64,000 nucleotides of DNA from Patellaria atrata CBS 101060 (taxonomy: Eukaryota): positions 161,424 through 225,423 of the forward strand of contig MU006116.1 of the NCBI GenBank assembly GCA_010093705.1. The letters are read 5' to 3'. The translations under genes and the position numbers were made by a program. Shown here piece by piece: positions 1-12,664 of the stretch (position 1 is its first letter; each line of letters begins with the position of its first letter). A model generated the notes under the pieces. The model was not told the DNA's origin. It did no database searches and saw only the letters and a list, made by a program, of their open reading frames with translations.

Positions 1-1141
1 AAAAGCGATATCTAATCTCTTCGGAAGCGTTTGTCTTCAAAATAATACTGTCTTGGTGCGTTTGCATGTATACCTCGGATGCTGGAGATGACTCGTTGGT
101 GGACGGGTCGTCAACAAAATCCAACCAGGCTGCGACGGTATCACGGCTGGTGGACAAATCATGTTTAGATCCTCGAGATCAGTTGTTTCTCTCTCCATAT
201 ACGAAGTGTCGAAAGTCATCTTAAACGCTAGTGTAGTACTTTGTACAATACGTGTATTTCTCTGTGCGAGGATAAAGAACACCAACGTCTGCGCGCGATA
301 TGGCTGAGATCCACCAAAACTCGACATCCAATTTTGAATGATAGATAGCCGTTGACATATCTTCCCTAAAGTATGTCACACACCACATTGTAATTCTTGA
401 GTTCGTCCCACTCCTGGGTGGTACTATATTTGTCCTGATGCTCTTACCCTCCCTCTTTATTTTCTGCATTTCAATTGTAATATTGACCGGTACGTTGGTG
501 ATCCGCAGAGGAGGTGGATGTATTCTCGATACCGTAGGGCGTGGACTTTTGAAATCGATCAAGGTTGATAGAGAAAGACTTTATTGTAACTCAGAAAAAA
601 AAAGAAGACAGGTTGAAGGCAAGCGTAGCCGAGAGTTTTCCCGCCAAATCGCCGATCATTGCCCTCGTTTCCTTGGCCTTTTTGCAGCCAAAAGTCCAAA
701 ACTGGTTCTGCCCTGTATCTCATGGCGTTGCTTTTATCCTATTTGGGGCAATTTTATACAATTTCTGCCCTCGGTTCTGCAAGCGTGACGGAATTTTGGG
801 GAAGGGTATAAGAATTCTCACGGAGGAGTAGTTACTTGGAACAAAAAAGGAATTTCCCATATTCTAACGACTTTTTCACAGTTCTGCCTAACCCGAAGTC
901 CCAAACTCAACCCCCCCCCCCAAACCCCCTCCCCCTTACCTTAGTTCCAGCAGCAAGGGCACCAAACTTTCCCTCACCGGGTGCCCACCGTCCAGTGCTC
1001 TCCCGTCCCCGCCGCTCCCCGTCTGCGACTCTCGTACGACTTCTTGTTCCCAAGTTCCCAACCCTTCGGTCTGACCTGTAAACAGTGTCATACCGTATTT
1101 CTTGTCAATCTTTTCTCCATCCTCGTAAGCTGTCGGCACCA

Positions 1142-3169
1142 ATGACAAAAGAAGCCGATGTGGATGTGGCAGTGGCAGTCGACTGGGGTCTACTCTTGAG
1201 CCACACACCCGTACCTACCCTAGTGCTCGACGAGTCTTTTTGCATACTAAGCGCCTCTAAAAGCTATATCGCCCTGTCCAAGGCGACAAGCAATATCTTG
1301 ATAGGTACTAACATCCACGACTCCTCGTTAGACACGCAACAAGACCAAGGACCAAACAATCTTCTATTACCGACCGTCGACGCGGTCCGAACAGCTGTCA
1401 AAGAGGCCATCAGGGCTAAAACAGTCTATGTCCACCCCGATATCGAATCTCAGGACGAGCACGTCTACAGTATCCGCGCGATACCAATCTACAATGACGA
1501 CGATAGACTTTGCTACGTCAAAGTCGAGGTGGAGAACACGACTAAAGAATTCCAGAGAAAACAAGAACTAAATCAGCGTTTGTCTACGAGCGAGACTTTC
1601 CGCATCTTGGTCGAAACGGTCAAGGACTATGCCATCTTCATGCTCGACACCAAAGGGAATGTTTCAACATGGAATACTGGTGCCGAATTGCTGAAGGGTT
1701 TTGCTCCAAGTGACATCATCGGTCGTCACTTCTCGAACTTTTACGGTGATGAGGATCGCAAGGCTAGAAAACCATGGATAGAACTGGAGGTCGCTCTGCA
1801 AGATGGTCGCGTCGAGGATGAGGGATGGCGCTATAGAAAGGACGGGACCCGTTTTTGGGCCAACGTTATCTTGACTCCAGTGTATAGAAATGGCACACTT
1901 ATTGGCTTTAGTAAAGTCACCCGCGACCTGACAGAAAGAAAGGCGGCAGAAGCCCGTCTCGCTGCGGCCTACGAAGAGTCATCGAAATTAAAGTCTGAAT
2001 TCCTTGCTAACATGAGCCATGAGATTCGTACACCTATGCATGGTGCGCTGTCTGCCTTAACACTACTCATGGAGACGGACTTGAACCCAGAGCAGCGAGA
2101 TCTTGCGAACATCATCGATGAATCCGGGACTGTCCTACTTCATGTCATCAATGACATACTGGACTACTCAAAACTGGCATCCGGCACCTTTTCCATCAGT
2201 GCGGACGTGCTCAGCATCAGCGATATCATCAACTCTGTTGTTCGTAATTTCCAGACCGCTCTTGGACCCAAAACCAATCTGGAAATATTTCTGGACCCTG
2301 CACTACCCGCGACTGCTCAAGGTGATCCACTCCGCTACCGTCAAATCGTGCAGAATTTGCTCGCCAATGCGGCCAAATTCACAGAGGAAGGTTATGTCAA
2401 GGTTCGGGCCAAAGTAACAGACGAGGACGAGTCACATTGTACCATTCTCACTGAAATAATAGACACGGGTATTGGAATACCTGCATTCTCCATCAACACT
2501 CTCTTCACACCTTTCACACAGTTCGACACTTCGGCGACCAAGCGATACAAGGGAACCGGGCTTGGCCTATCCATCTGCAAGAGTCTCGCCGAGCTTATGG
2601 GCGGTAATATTGGGTTTCGCCCTAATCCCGAAGGTAAGGGCAGCATATTCTGGTTTACATGCGAAGTGCGCAAATTCAAGGACATCAGTCCATCGGAAGA
2701 TGATAAGGAAAGGATCATCCCTATCATTACTGAGAAGGATCTGGGAGCCGAGATCAGGAAGATATCCAAGGGAAAACGGATACTTCTGGCCGAAGACAAC
2801 GTCATTAACCGCAAGGTCATGGTCAAGATGTTAAATGGGTTAGACATTACGGAAATTGATACGGTGGGCGATGGAATGCAAGCTGTCTCGCTGGCTTGCG
2901 ACACATCGCGGAAGTACTCACTTATACTCATGGATATCAACATGCCTCTACTCGATGGTGTTGGCGCAACAATAGAGATCAGGAATGCCGGCAAAAGAAC
3001 CCCAATAATCGCAATGACTGCGAACGCACTGAAGGGACATGCGGAACTGTACATGGCAAAGGGGCTCTCGGACTACGTACCTAAACCGGTCGATCGCAAA
3101 CTCCTGTTCAAGGTACTCTTGAGGTGGCTGAAAGATGTACCACCTTCATCAGTACAGTCCATGATATGA
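1142..3169 (+). CDS. Hybrid two-component histidine kinase (PAS/PAC-HisKA-HATPase-receiver), Fos-1/TcsA-like
   Basis: Intronless ORF, first ATG at 1142. PAS/PAC (DYAIFMLD...WNTGAE...[16 protein letters not shown]), H-box [14 protein letters not shown]-box [11 protein letters not shown]1 DTGIG, G2 GTGLGL, receiver LLAEDN...[13 protein letters not shown]...KP. Confidence 0.95.
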   Translation: MTKEADVDVAVAVDWGLLLSHTPVPTLVLDESFCILSASKSYIALSKATSNILIGTNIHDSSLDTQQDQGPNNLLLPTVDAVRTAVKEAIRAKTVYVHPDIESQDEHVYSIRAIPIYNDDDRLCYVKVEVENTTKEFQRKQELNQRLSTSETFRILVETVKDYAIFMLDTKGNVSTWNTGAELLKGFAPSDIIGRHFSNFYGDEDRKARKPWIELEVALQDGRVEDEGWRYRKDGTRFWANVILTPVYRNGTLIGFSKVTRDLTERKAAEARLAAAYEESSKLKSEFLANMSHEIRTPMHGALSALTLLMETDLNPEQRDLANIIDESGTVLLHVINDILDYSKLASGTFSISADVLSISDIINSVVRNFQTALGPKTNLEIFLDPALPATAQGDPLRYRQIVQNLLANAAKFTEEGYVKVRAKVTDEDESHCTILTEIIDTGIGIPAFSINTLFTPFTQFDTSATKRYKGTGLGLSICKSLAELMGGNIGFRPNPEGKGSIFWFTCEVRKFKDISPSEDDKERIIPIITEKDLGAEIRKISKGKRILLAEDNVINRKVMVKMLNGLDITEIDTVGDGMQAVSLACDTSRKYSLILMDINMPLLDGVGATIEIRNAGKRTPIIAMTANALKGHAELYMAKGLSDYVPKPVDRKLLFKVLLRWLKDVPPSSVQSMI

Positions 3170-3752
3170 GCGAAGGACGAGGAGGGATTATTGGCGGTGG
3201 TGTTTGCATGGTACAGAGTTAGGAGTTGGGAACTTCCAGGTGGGAATGGCTATTGTCGCTTTTTAAGTAGGAATTTTTTGGTGGGACATCCGTGTTAGAA
3301 CCTATTTCGTTCATATTGTTGGTTCCATGAGTTGTGATTAACCTATATTAGTTCAGATAGGAGAGTGTATTGTACAGTTCAGTACCAGATGTACGAATTG
3401 GCTTGGGGAATGAAATGGTAAATTTTACTTTAAGCTTATCTTTGAGAGCAGATGTGCGCCTAGATTATAGCTTAGTATCCGAATTATCAAATCATCTCTG
3501 GTGTACTGTACTGTGCGGCGGACGGTGAAAAGTATTTCGACTTCGCGATACATGCTAACCGAAAAACATATAACGGGGGAAATCCATGTATATAGTACTA
3601 GATGGATAGTGTAGGGAACTTATAAATTCCGAAGAGTAATAGCTAAGAATATCCTCTCCAGGAAGCGTATAGTGACCGACAAATGTAAAGATGGGGACGA
3701 AATCACACCTCATCCCATCCACTTTCTCCTCTCATCGCTCCCTCCTCGCCAT

Positions 3753-5809
3753 TTACTGAACCTCCAACCTCAGAGCATCGTACTGTACATATACGCTCTC
3801 GGGTAATACCGCACTCTCGTGGTTCGTCGCGTTCGCCGGTAAACTTAATACAAGTTCGTTATGCCCCACCTTCAACATGCTGACCTCAAACTCGAACTTG
3901 TGAGCGAGGTTATAGCAGATGACCGCGGACCGTACAGCGCAGGAACTACTCTGATAATATCTGAATAGTCAAAAACATGTAAGCATGAATGCTCCATCCT
4001 AAGAAGATGAAAAGTAACTTACGGTATAATCCACGGCTCTAAATCCCTCCCATTTACATTTACAGTATACGGTAGATTCGCATACGGTTCACTGGAATTG
4101 AAGATATCCGTATTGCCTGCTGCGGTTTTCGCACCCGCGAGCTGGACCGTCAGGGTTGCGATCCCCTCCGCAAGTCGGTCTAAACTACTTTGCTCCACAT
4201 CGAACAAGATGGTCCAATTATTGACGTTTTGCCAGTACGGTTGAGAGCGGTTATGGTTTCCTTTACCCCCGTATACGCTCCAGTGTACATAGTTCAGCGC
4301 TTTACCGGGATCGTCTTCACCAACTTTAAATCGCACACCCTCGGGATAGTCTGTGGGGAAGTCGTACGCGCCCCAATACACTCTGTATTGTTCAGGATGC
4401 AGTGATCGCGAAGGCTCCCTCTCGTACCCGTGCCGATATTCACCGGAACTCTTGTCCGGAATCCCGATGCGCCAGAGTTCCGTACCTGCTGACTCCTCTT
4501 CCCATTCCAACTGGGCCAGTGTGTTCTTTTCCGCGCCAATAGGAACATCCTCGACGATGAAGTTTCCAAAGATGCCAGTCGCGTAGACCGTGAGACGGTA
4601 CAACCCAGTTTTAGCACGCGGGATGGAGACGAACCCGGTCTGCGGATCAATGGGAGCCCAGTATTGGTATGCTGTTGTATCCTCCACATTGTCCTGGAAA
4701 TCAACATGATTTTGGGCGAGTACGGCGATTGGGTCCTTTGCGCCCGCTGGAAGGAGAATAGTAGCTGAGAAGTTTCCTCGTTCGGATGTTGGTATATAAT
4801 TAGGGACGTGCTTTGCGATAGAGTCGTAGAAGGGGACGTTCCAGGCCGGGTCGGCATATTGAGCCGCGTCAGCACGGAGCTCGGCGAGACTAGTCTCAGG
4901 TGCCCCTTTATTGAAGTGGAAGTATTGCGGGCCGAAGGTACGATCGAAGCCGTCCGTGATATTAGGAGTACCATCACCGTGGTGATTCGAGACCATATAG
5001 TTGTATACAATGCCGTCGACGACAAGATCTGAGTGTAAGGGTCCGCCGAAGTAGGTCTCAATCGTGTTCATAACCAACCAAGCGCCGTACGTCGAACCGT
5101 CTGAGCTGGTGGAGCCATCACTATACATGCCGTGAACTTTGTGATCCTGCCAGGTGGTTTGAAAGGTGTATTTGGTGAAGTAGTCTGCAATCTGTGTCAC
5201 ATAAGGTTGGTTCCTGTTCTGGAGGTACCATGTCGCATCCTGAACCATTGGGGAGCCACTTGTACTTGGTAAGGGTCCGTAGAAGTCATCTTCTGTGGAT
5301 AGATGCGTCCATAGGGGAGAGTTGGGCCTGAACATCGTACGGAATTCCTGCAGATTCCGAAGGAATGGTTTTGCTTCGTTATGATATGCGAGACGACTGA
5401 AGGTATGGAGACCAGTCTCTTTTTCTCGGAGAAACCAGTATTGTTCCAGTCGCTGTCCGGTTGGAGGATAGACCTCGCCCATCATGATACCGCCATATTT
5501 AGTGTTAGTCGAGTCTACACCCTGGAACAGTTTGAACTCTGGTGCGATTAATCCAGGGGTGTAGAACCCGGAGGGGATGCAGTAGCAGTCGAGATAAGGT
5601 CCAATTCCTGAACTTCCGCCCTGTTTCCCAAGAAGATTCTGGCCGTCTAAGATTAAAGAGGTGATGGCCCCATTGGATTTGTTAACGGCTGCGAAGAGCC
5701 TCTCATTCTGGAGAGTGAGCTGGGTTGAAGACTCTGTAGCGTTTAGGATGCCTAACGCTCCGTGGCACAATGCCAGCGTTACAAGAACAAATAGCTGGAA
5801 GATGGCCAT
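3753..5809 (-). CDS. Secreted rhamnogalacturonan lyase (polysaccharide lyase family 4)
   Basis: Signal peptide MAIFQLFVLVTLALCHGALG. Family motifs GPYLDCYC, NLQEFRTMFRP, DYFTKY, YFGGPLHSDLVVDGIVYNYMVSNHHG. Intron 4022-3961 (GTAAGT...TTCAG); exon 2 gives YYQSSSCAVRS...YVQYDALRLEVQ, stop TAA at 3755-3753. Confidence 0.92.
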
Positions 5810-7012
5810 AGGGAAACAGATGAAATATCCATGGCGAGAATGTTTCCCAACTCAACAAGTATATATTATAGGCCTTCATAGTTCATGATTAGGGACCGTC
5901 ATAACCGGGTAATCAATTTTTTAGTCGAGAAATTGCTATGCGCTGTACTGTAGTTCTGAATAGACTAAGTAAAGATTTCATTTCGCGTGATGTTGTTCCT
6001 GACCCACGAACAGAATCCTGGGATGTGAGGACGTGAAGGCCAGCCGGTAAAGGCCACATCTGCGAAAAGGGAGTAGAAGGACTTCTCGAAGGTCGCTGCA
6101 TAAATGCACCGAAGAACCCCGCGATGGAATTAGCCATAGTATCCAGTCGTTATATATGCACCATAAATGCGGAGATAATCCAGAGCTTCCCTAGTACTTC
6201 CGTCTTCGACTTCTTTCTTTTCTCTTTTGTAGCATGGTGATGTCTGTAAAATCTCTCGCTGTCACGGTAGTCCAGTGTACACCTATCTGTAATGTAGTTC
6301 TTGCATACACTCGGTCGGAAGATGTTGTTTTTCCGTGGACTTGGGATCTCCGTTTGATGATGGCAAGTTTCGATACCTAACAGGAAACCGAGCTTACTAA
6401 TAAGGTAAGGTAAGGTAAGGGAGAGCAGAACATGGATCAAGCTTCGTGGCGGTGGGAACTAGGCTAACATCCGCTCATCTCCACTTACCTTAATAATTAA
6501 ACGACCATGGATATATTCAACTTCCTATTTGGGTTGATATGATCAAGATTCAAGAAGAACTTGAGCCAAAATGTACCTGAGGTAGGCCAGGGGCGTATTT
6601 GCAAGGACAAGGGGAGAGATCCCGCTATCTTATCTTTCCCCTCCCTTCTGACGTAACCACCAAGGTACAATTGTAAGCTCTCTGTACCTCTCTGTATGTC
6701 TGGAAATTTTAGTTTAAACGTTCTGACTGACTGTAGCTATTCGCGAAGGGGAGGAAAGTATCTTTGAGGTAGGGGTTACTCACTACTACTGTACATCTGT
6801 GAATGATGGCGTGAAAGCTTTAGCTTGAGGATCTTTAGACCTGCGCGAGTTTCCTAGCTCAATTTGTCAATCTTTTGCCCCGTTTGAATCCATGCGGCAA
6901 CTCGCACAGCATGCAGTGACCCCGACAAGAATTTATAAGAGCACCGTTCTATCTTCTCGTACTTCTTTCTTTACTCCTAGTTCTGCCATCCGTCAACTTC
7001 GGCGCTGATGAA

Positions 7013-9524
7013 ATGGCACCATCTAAACTTCTTTGTCTTGTCGCCTGGGCCTCAATCACTATCGCGTCTCCAATTCTCAATGTACGACAAAATACGACAT
7101 CTGCTTGTGCTAAAGTGAGCGCGTCTGCTGCTTCTCAACTTGCTACTGCTCCCACTGCCACGCCCACAGTTCCCGCCAGCTTGGCCTACGAGTGTATTAC
7201 CAGCGTGCCCCTTAATATCAGTGCGGCAACTGCCCTCATAGAATCCATCAGGCCCTACGTCAAGTGGCAAAGCACAACTGCATGGCTCAAGGATCCACCT
7301 GAAGAATATGTAGAGAAGGTTCAGGGTCCGGTTGATCTCTGGGCTGGATTGGCAGACATCGAAGCGAATCTGACTTCTGGAGTGTGGACGCAGGAATACG
7401 AGGTAATTGATTTCTTTCCCTCCCGTTTTGATTGTTTAATTTCTTCCCCTGACGTTTGACCCGTCTCAACCTATTACAATCAGCTCTCAGACCCAACAAA
7501 GTTATCACTACAATCTTTGATTTACGCAATAGACCAAAAAGTGGAAAGCAACTGTGTAGAATTCAGATGACATAGACCTTTCCTTGCGTGGAACGTGAAC
7601 TCTAACATCAAGTCACTGACACAATGAACAGTTCGGGTTCGCACTTTACACCTTATTCCAGTCGACTCACGACGGTCATCTTGTCTACGTCCCTGATTCA
7701 GTCGGAAAGGTCTTTAACTGGGCGCGCACGGAACCATTAGTTTCGGTATCGTCCGATGGAGAATCATCACCGCAACCGTATGTTTACCGTGATATTCTGA
7801 CTGCTTCTTTCGGCAATGTCTCGTTCACTCCATCACCTATTGTGCAAATCAACGGACAGAATGCAACCACATACTTAGAGAACTGGAGCCAGTACGGATC
7901 ACTGCAAGATCGTGACGCATTGTACAACAATGTCTTTTATGAGCTTGCTGTTGTTTCACTAGGAGCAGCTGGTGCCGGAATGGGTACCTTTACGGGGGGA
8001 GGACGAGGGAGATGGGTCTATCCCGGAGATTCTACAACTCTCACATTCGCAAATGGATCCTCAATAGTCCTACATAATTATGCCAAGGTCATCGCTCCTT
8101 TCGACGGTATTACGGACGGTGAGAGCCTCTACCAAGTTCTCTTCACTACGCCTCTAGAAGAAACTGTCTCCCCCTTAGCAGAGCCTTCAACTACAGTTAC
8201 ACCGACATCAGCTCCTACAATAGCACCAACGCCAGTTGCTCCGACTAGCACACCTGCGCCTGGATATCCCCAGCCCGTAATTAGACAAGAGAATAACCTT
8301 ATCGGTGGATATTATCTCGAAGGTGAAGACTACGACGATGTTGCTGTTTTAACCATTGCATCTTTCGTCTCTGCCATAGAAGCTGAAATTTCATTCCAGC
8401 AAACAGGGGAGGAGTTCATTCGCCTCGCTAAAGCAGCAGGTAAGACAAAACTTGTGATTGACGTTAGCGCCAACGGTGGCGGTACCATTCTTCAGGGGTA
8501 CGATGTGTTTGCTCAACTCTTCCCGGATATCTTCCCGAGGGGCTACACTAGGTTCAGGGCGTTTGAAAGTACGAATTTGATCGGCGAGAAGTTCTCCGAA
8601 ATATCCGGAACAGTACCACGCGTCTACGATTCTGGAAATGAAACTCTAGATGCAGTGAACTCCGACATCGTTTCGAGTGTCTTCAACTACCGCACCGATA
8701 TCAACAAGAAAGGGAGGAATTTTGCCAACTGGGACGAAAAGTTTGGGCCGCTCCATCAGAAAGGAGACAATTTTTCCAATATCATCCGCTGGAACCTCTC
8801 GGATGTGTTGACGCCGTACAATAGCGGAGGCATCTATGTTCATAACTTTGGACTTGGTACACCTGTCGCGGAACGACCATTCGCAGCAGAGGACATTGTG
8901 GTTGTGACTGATGGTTACTGTGCATCAACCTGCACCATCTTCTCCCAACTGCTTCGTGAACAAGCTGGTGTACAGTTCATTTTCATGGGTGGTCGTCCTT
9001 CCAATACTGGCATCGCACAGGCAATCGGTGGGGTTAAGGGTACAAATAATTTTCCTTGGTCCTACATCCAAGCATTAGCCAGTGCCGTTTTCGATCTTTC
9101 GACGGAAGAAGAGCAGACGGAGCTGGAAAATACCGAGTTGGTGGAGTATCGCTCGAACATCCCATTTTACAGGCAATCAGTCAACTCGAACATCAACTTC
9201 CGCGATGGCCTCCGCGAAAAGGATACTGAGACCCCAACGCAGTTCGTATATGAGCCGGCAGACTGTAGAATCCTCTATACACCCGAGATGACGGTAGACG
9301 CGAGTGCTATTTGGAGGGCAGCGGCTGATTCGACGTGGGGTAGTGAGAGCAAGTGCTTCGCTGGAGATGTTGGCGGGGAGCTCACGGTCGGTGGAAGGGT
9401 GAGAAAGATAAGCAGTGGTAGACGCAGTGTTCCGCTAAGAAAGAGGAGCATTGACGATTATCCTCTTGACGTGTTTACGGATGACAGGTTGGTTGAGGAG
9501 AGGTTCGGTGTTATGCTTCCTTAG
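7013..9524 (+). CDS. Secreted peptidase S41 family protein (fungal CPAF/UstP-like)
   Basis: Signal peptide. Exon 1 7013-7402, intron 7403-7631 (GTAATT...CTGAC...ACAG). Exon 2 starts FGFALYTLFQSTHDGH and contains KLVIDVSANGGG, VVVTDGYCASTC (putative catalytic Ser) and GGRP...QAIGGVKG. Confidence 0.88.
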
Positions 9525-10032
9525 GAACGTAACATATCGGGTGTGGTAGATGCATGACCGTGTGACTGTATGATATTGGAGATTTGGAAGGGATCCTGTG
9601 TGAATGACTTGATGACTGTCATAATGCAGTACTCACAAAATAATTAAGATAATAACATGAAATTCCAAGTATCAAGTAATACAGCAAGTTGCGCGTTCCG
9701 GCTTGTTTGGTGTGCCGTAGAACTGCTGTAGAACTTGTTAAAAGTCACGTACCCGACTGTACTCTGTAATTTCTTCACCACGAACACAGGCACCTCAAGC
9801 TACTGTAAGGTAACTGTTCAAACAGGTCACCTGCGCTTAAAGCGTTTGTTGACGCACAATAGTTCTACAACCAAGATTTGTAGCACATATCAAAATCCAC
9901 TATGGTGTTACCGCAGGCCTTTTAAAATATCTGGCCAGGCAGTCCCTTTGCTCTCGAGGGAGCACCCTACCTGATATTCGAAATCGCATATACTGAGCAC
10001 CTTCGTTCACTCATTGGAAAACGATATCTGTT

Positions 10033-11986
10033 ATGGTTGAATCAAATCTCGGCTCAATGTCACGAGAAACCACACCTTCCGCTAGCAATCAAGATATGAA
10101 GGCGGACGCCAGCTATCAGGAAGTGAACCATGTGAGTACAGCAAGAGATGCTGCTGAACCTGGGCAGTATGGTACAGATAAGTGAGCATCTTCCTATTCT
10201 ATGATTTATCTTGCTTTTGTCGTATTTGTCTCTTCAATGCCGTCTGCCTGTTTGCATCAGGCGCTTGTCACTCTTTCTACACAACTCTACAGACATGATA
10301 AAGTGCTGTCAAGTGTGTGAATATATATGGAATCTTGATGGTCTGCATATCAGATCAGATGTCTTCAACAACCAAAGCGTACAGTAAGCCAAAAACAGTC
10401 GCAACGAGGGGAATTGCATAGCCAACAATTTTTGCTAACGTTCATTTCACAGATATGGGAGACCGCTTGTGGAGATCGACCCAGCCGCCGAATCGAGGTT
10501 GTGTCGGAAAATTGATCTATACGTTATTCCAACCGTCTCACTACTCTATCTGTTTTGCTTCCTGGATCGCGCGAATATCGGTATGTTATCAATGATCAGA
10601 TTTTCAGCTAGGCATTGTACCGTTTGTTTCTAACCCTCGTTCCAGGCAATGCTCGAATCGCTGGAATGGATAAAGACCTCAACTTCAAAGGCTATGACTA
10701 CAATCAAATTCTGTCTTGCTTTTACATCTCTTACGTCATCTTCGAGATTCCATGTACTCTCGCGTGCAAATGGATGGGTCCTGGCTGGTTCATACCCGCT
10801 ACATCCCTAGGCTTTGGTATAGCGTCTATCGGAACTGCATTTGTGCATTCAGTCCCGGCTATTTGCGTTGTCCGTTTTATACTTGGTCAGTAATATCAGC
10901 TGTTCTAACCATTTTGCATACTGATGTTATCTAGGTATATTTGAGGCCGGCATGCTTCCTGGCATTGCATACTACTTGTCAAGGTGGTATCGTCGCAGTG
11001 AACTGTCATTTCGGTTAGCATTATATATCGTCATGGCACCTCTTGCTGGCGCATTTGGTGGTTTGCTTGCTTCCGCTATTCTGAAACTCTCTCACTTTGG
11101 AAGCTTAACTGAGTGGAAAATGATATTCGCAATTGAGGGTATCATAACCTGTGGCTTGGCCTTGGTTTCATTCTTGACCTTGACCGATCGTCCTGAGACT
11201 GCCATGTGGCTATCCCAAGATGAGAAAGACCTGGCGATTGCTCGAATCAAATCGGAGCGTGTCGGTGCAAGCGAAGTTCTAGATAAAATCGACACCAAGA
11301 AGACCATGCTCGGAATATTCAACCCGGTAACACTAGCGACCTCCTTCATATTCCTACTCGACAATATCACTGTTCAAGGTCTCGCATTCTTTGCCCCAAC
11401 AATAGTCAGAACTATCTACCCAAAGAACAGTATCATTTCCGTGCAGCTGCACACTGTTCCGCCATACGTCGTTGGGGCTTTCTTCACGCTGTTGTTTCCG
11501 TTTCTCAGCTGGCGGCTTGATAAACGTAACATCTTCTTCATCATCAGTGCTCCTTTGATGATGGCCGGTTATATCATGTTTCTCGCTAGTGAAAATTCAA
11601 GCGTTAGGTATGGAGCAACATTTCTCATCGCAAGCGGCGCAACCGCTTTTGGCGCACTCTGCAATGCCCAAGTATCCGCCAATGTGGTGTCGGATACGGC
11701 GCGCTCTGCGGCCATCGGAACAAATGTTATGTTCGGTAATATCGGAGGATTGATCTCGACTTGGTCATTCTTACCTTTCGATGGACCAGATTTCCCCATT
11801 GGAAATGGACTTAACCTTGCGACCTCGAGTACGATCCTTCTCTGCTCTATTGCGTTGTTGTGGTGGATGACAAGGAATAACAAGCACCGAGATGGAAAGA
11901 ATATTGATAAAGAGCTGGAGGGTTTGGATCAGCGTCGCATCGAAGAGCTAGACTGGAAGCATCCAGCTTTCAAATGGAAACCGTGA
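10033..11986 (+). CDS. MFS transporter, anion:cation symporter (allantoate/nicotinate permease-like) family
   Basis: Four exons (introns about 10182-10452, 10581-10647, 10886-10934). RKIDLYVIP...LDRANIGNARIAG, FEAGMLPGIAYYLSRWYRRSEL, WKMIFAIEG, many hydrophobic segments. Confidence 0.92.
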
Positions 11987-12664
11987 AGGTGGTCAGACTT
12001 ATGCTAGTCTCTAGGGTTAAAGGCCTGGATCTGAACTTCCGGGTGTAGCGGTCCTACGGTACAGTATCTCATCTCTATGCCACTGGTCTTTCGTTGTGAT
12101 GCGATTTTCCATACTTTTTCATCACACTTCACATCCATCGAATAGAGACTACATTGTATTAAACGATGATTAGAATATCCTGCTCAGAAATCAAAAGTCT
12201 ATCATAATTCAAAAAAAAAAGCATTCCTCAATCCCAATATATAATAGGCAGTTCTTGACATGAAAAGAAGATTTATAAAGAGAGGTCTGATCGCTTTGAA
12301 AACCTTCAGATTAAGGTGAGGGCACAAATTCGAATATATTATGTTTGAAGATACTAACTTGTAATAGAATACGAGCGATTCTTGACCCAAGGAAGAAAGA
12401 AGAGACTTATGCCGGTCTCAACAATGTCATGTTGTTAGTACTAATACAAAGCTTGAATATCTACATTGTGGTAGAATTTCCGACAAGTGGATACAATTCC
12501 TTTCAGAAATGGCGGAATCTTGACCTTCGTTCAAGCACAACAGAACAGCAATGGTCCTATTTGGAGTCAGACTGGAAGACATCTCCTTCACTAATCATCG
12601 ATCTCATAACTAAGTCCAACAATCACAACTGCATCTTAATATCCAATCCCTTGTCCTATCAAAC

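Noticed and set aside
37..1081. Short ORFs upstream of the histidine kinase
   Set aside because: Mostly non-ATG starts and no recognisable domains; consistent with promoter and 5' UTR.
2392..3054. 220-aa antisense ORF and other shadow ORFs (4294-5061, 59648-60241, 37689-38088)
   Set aside because: They overlap well-supported genes in other frames or strands and carry no motifs.
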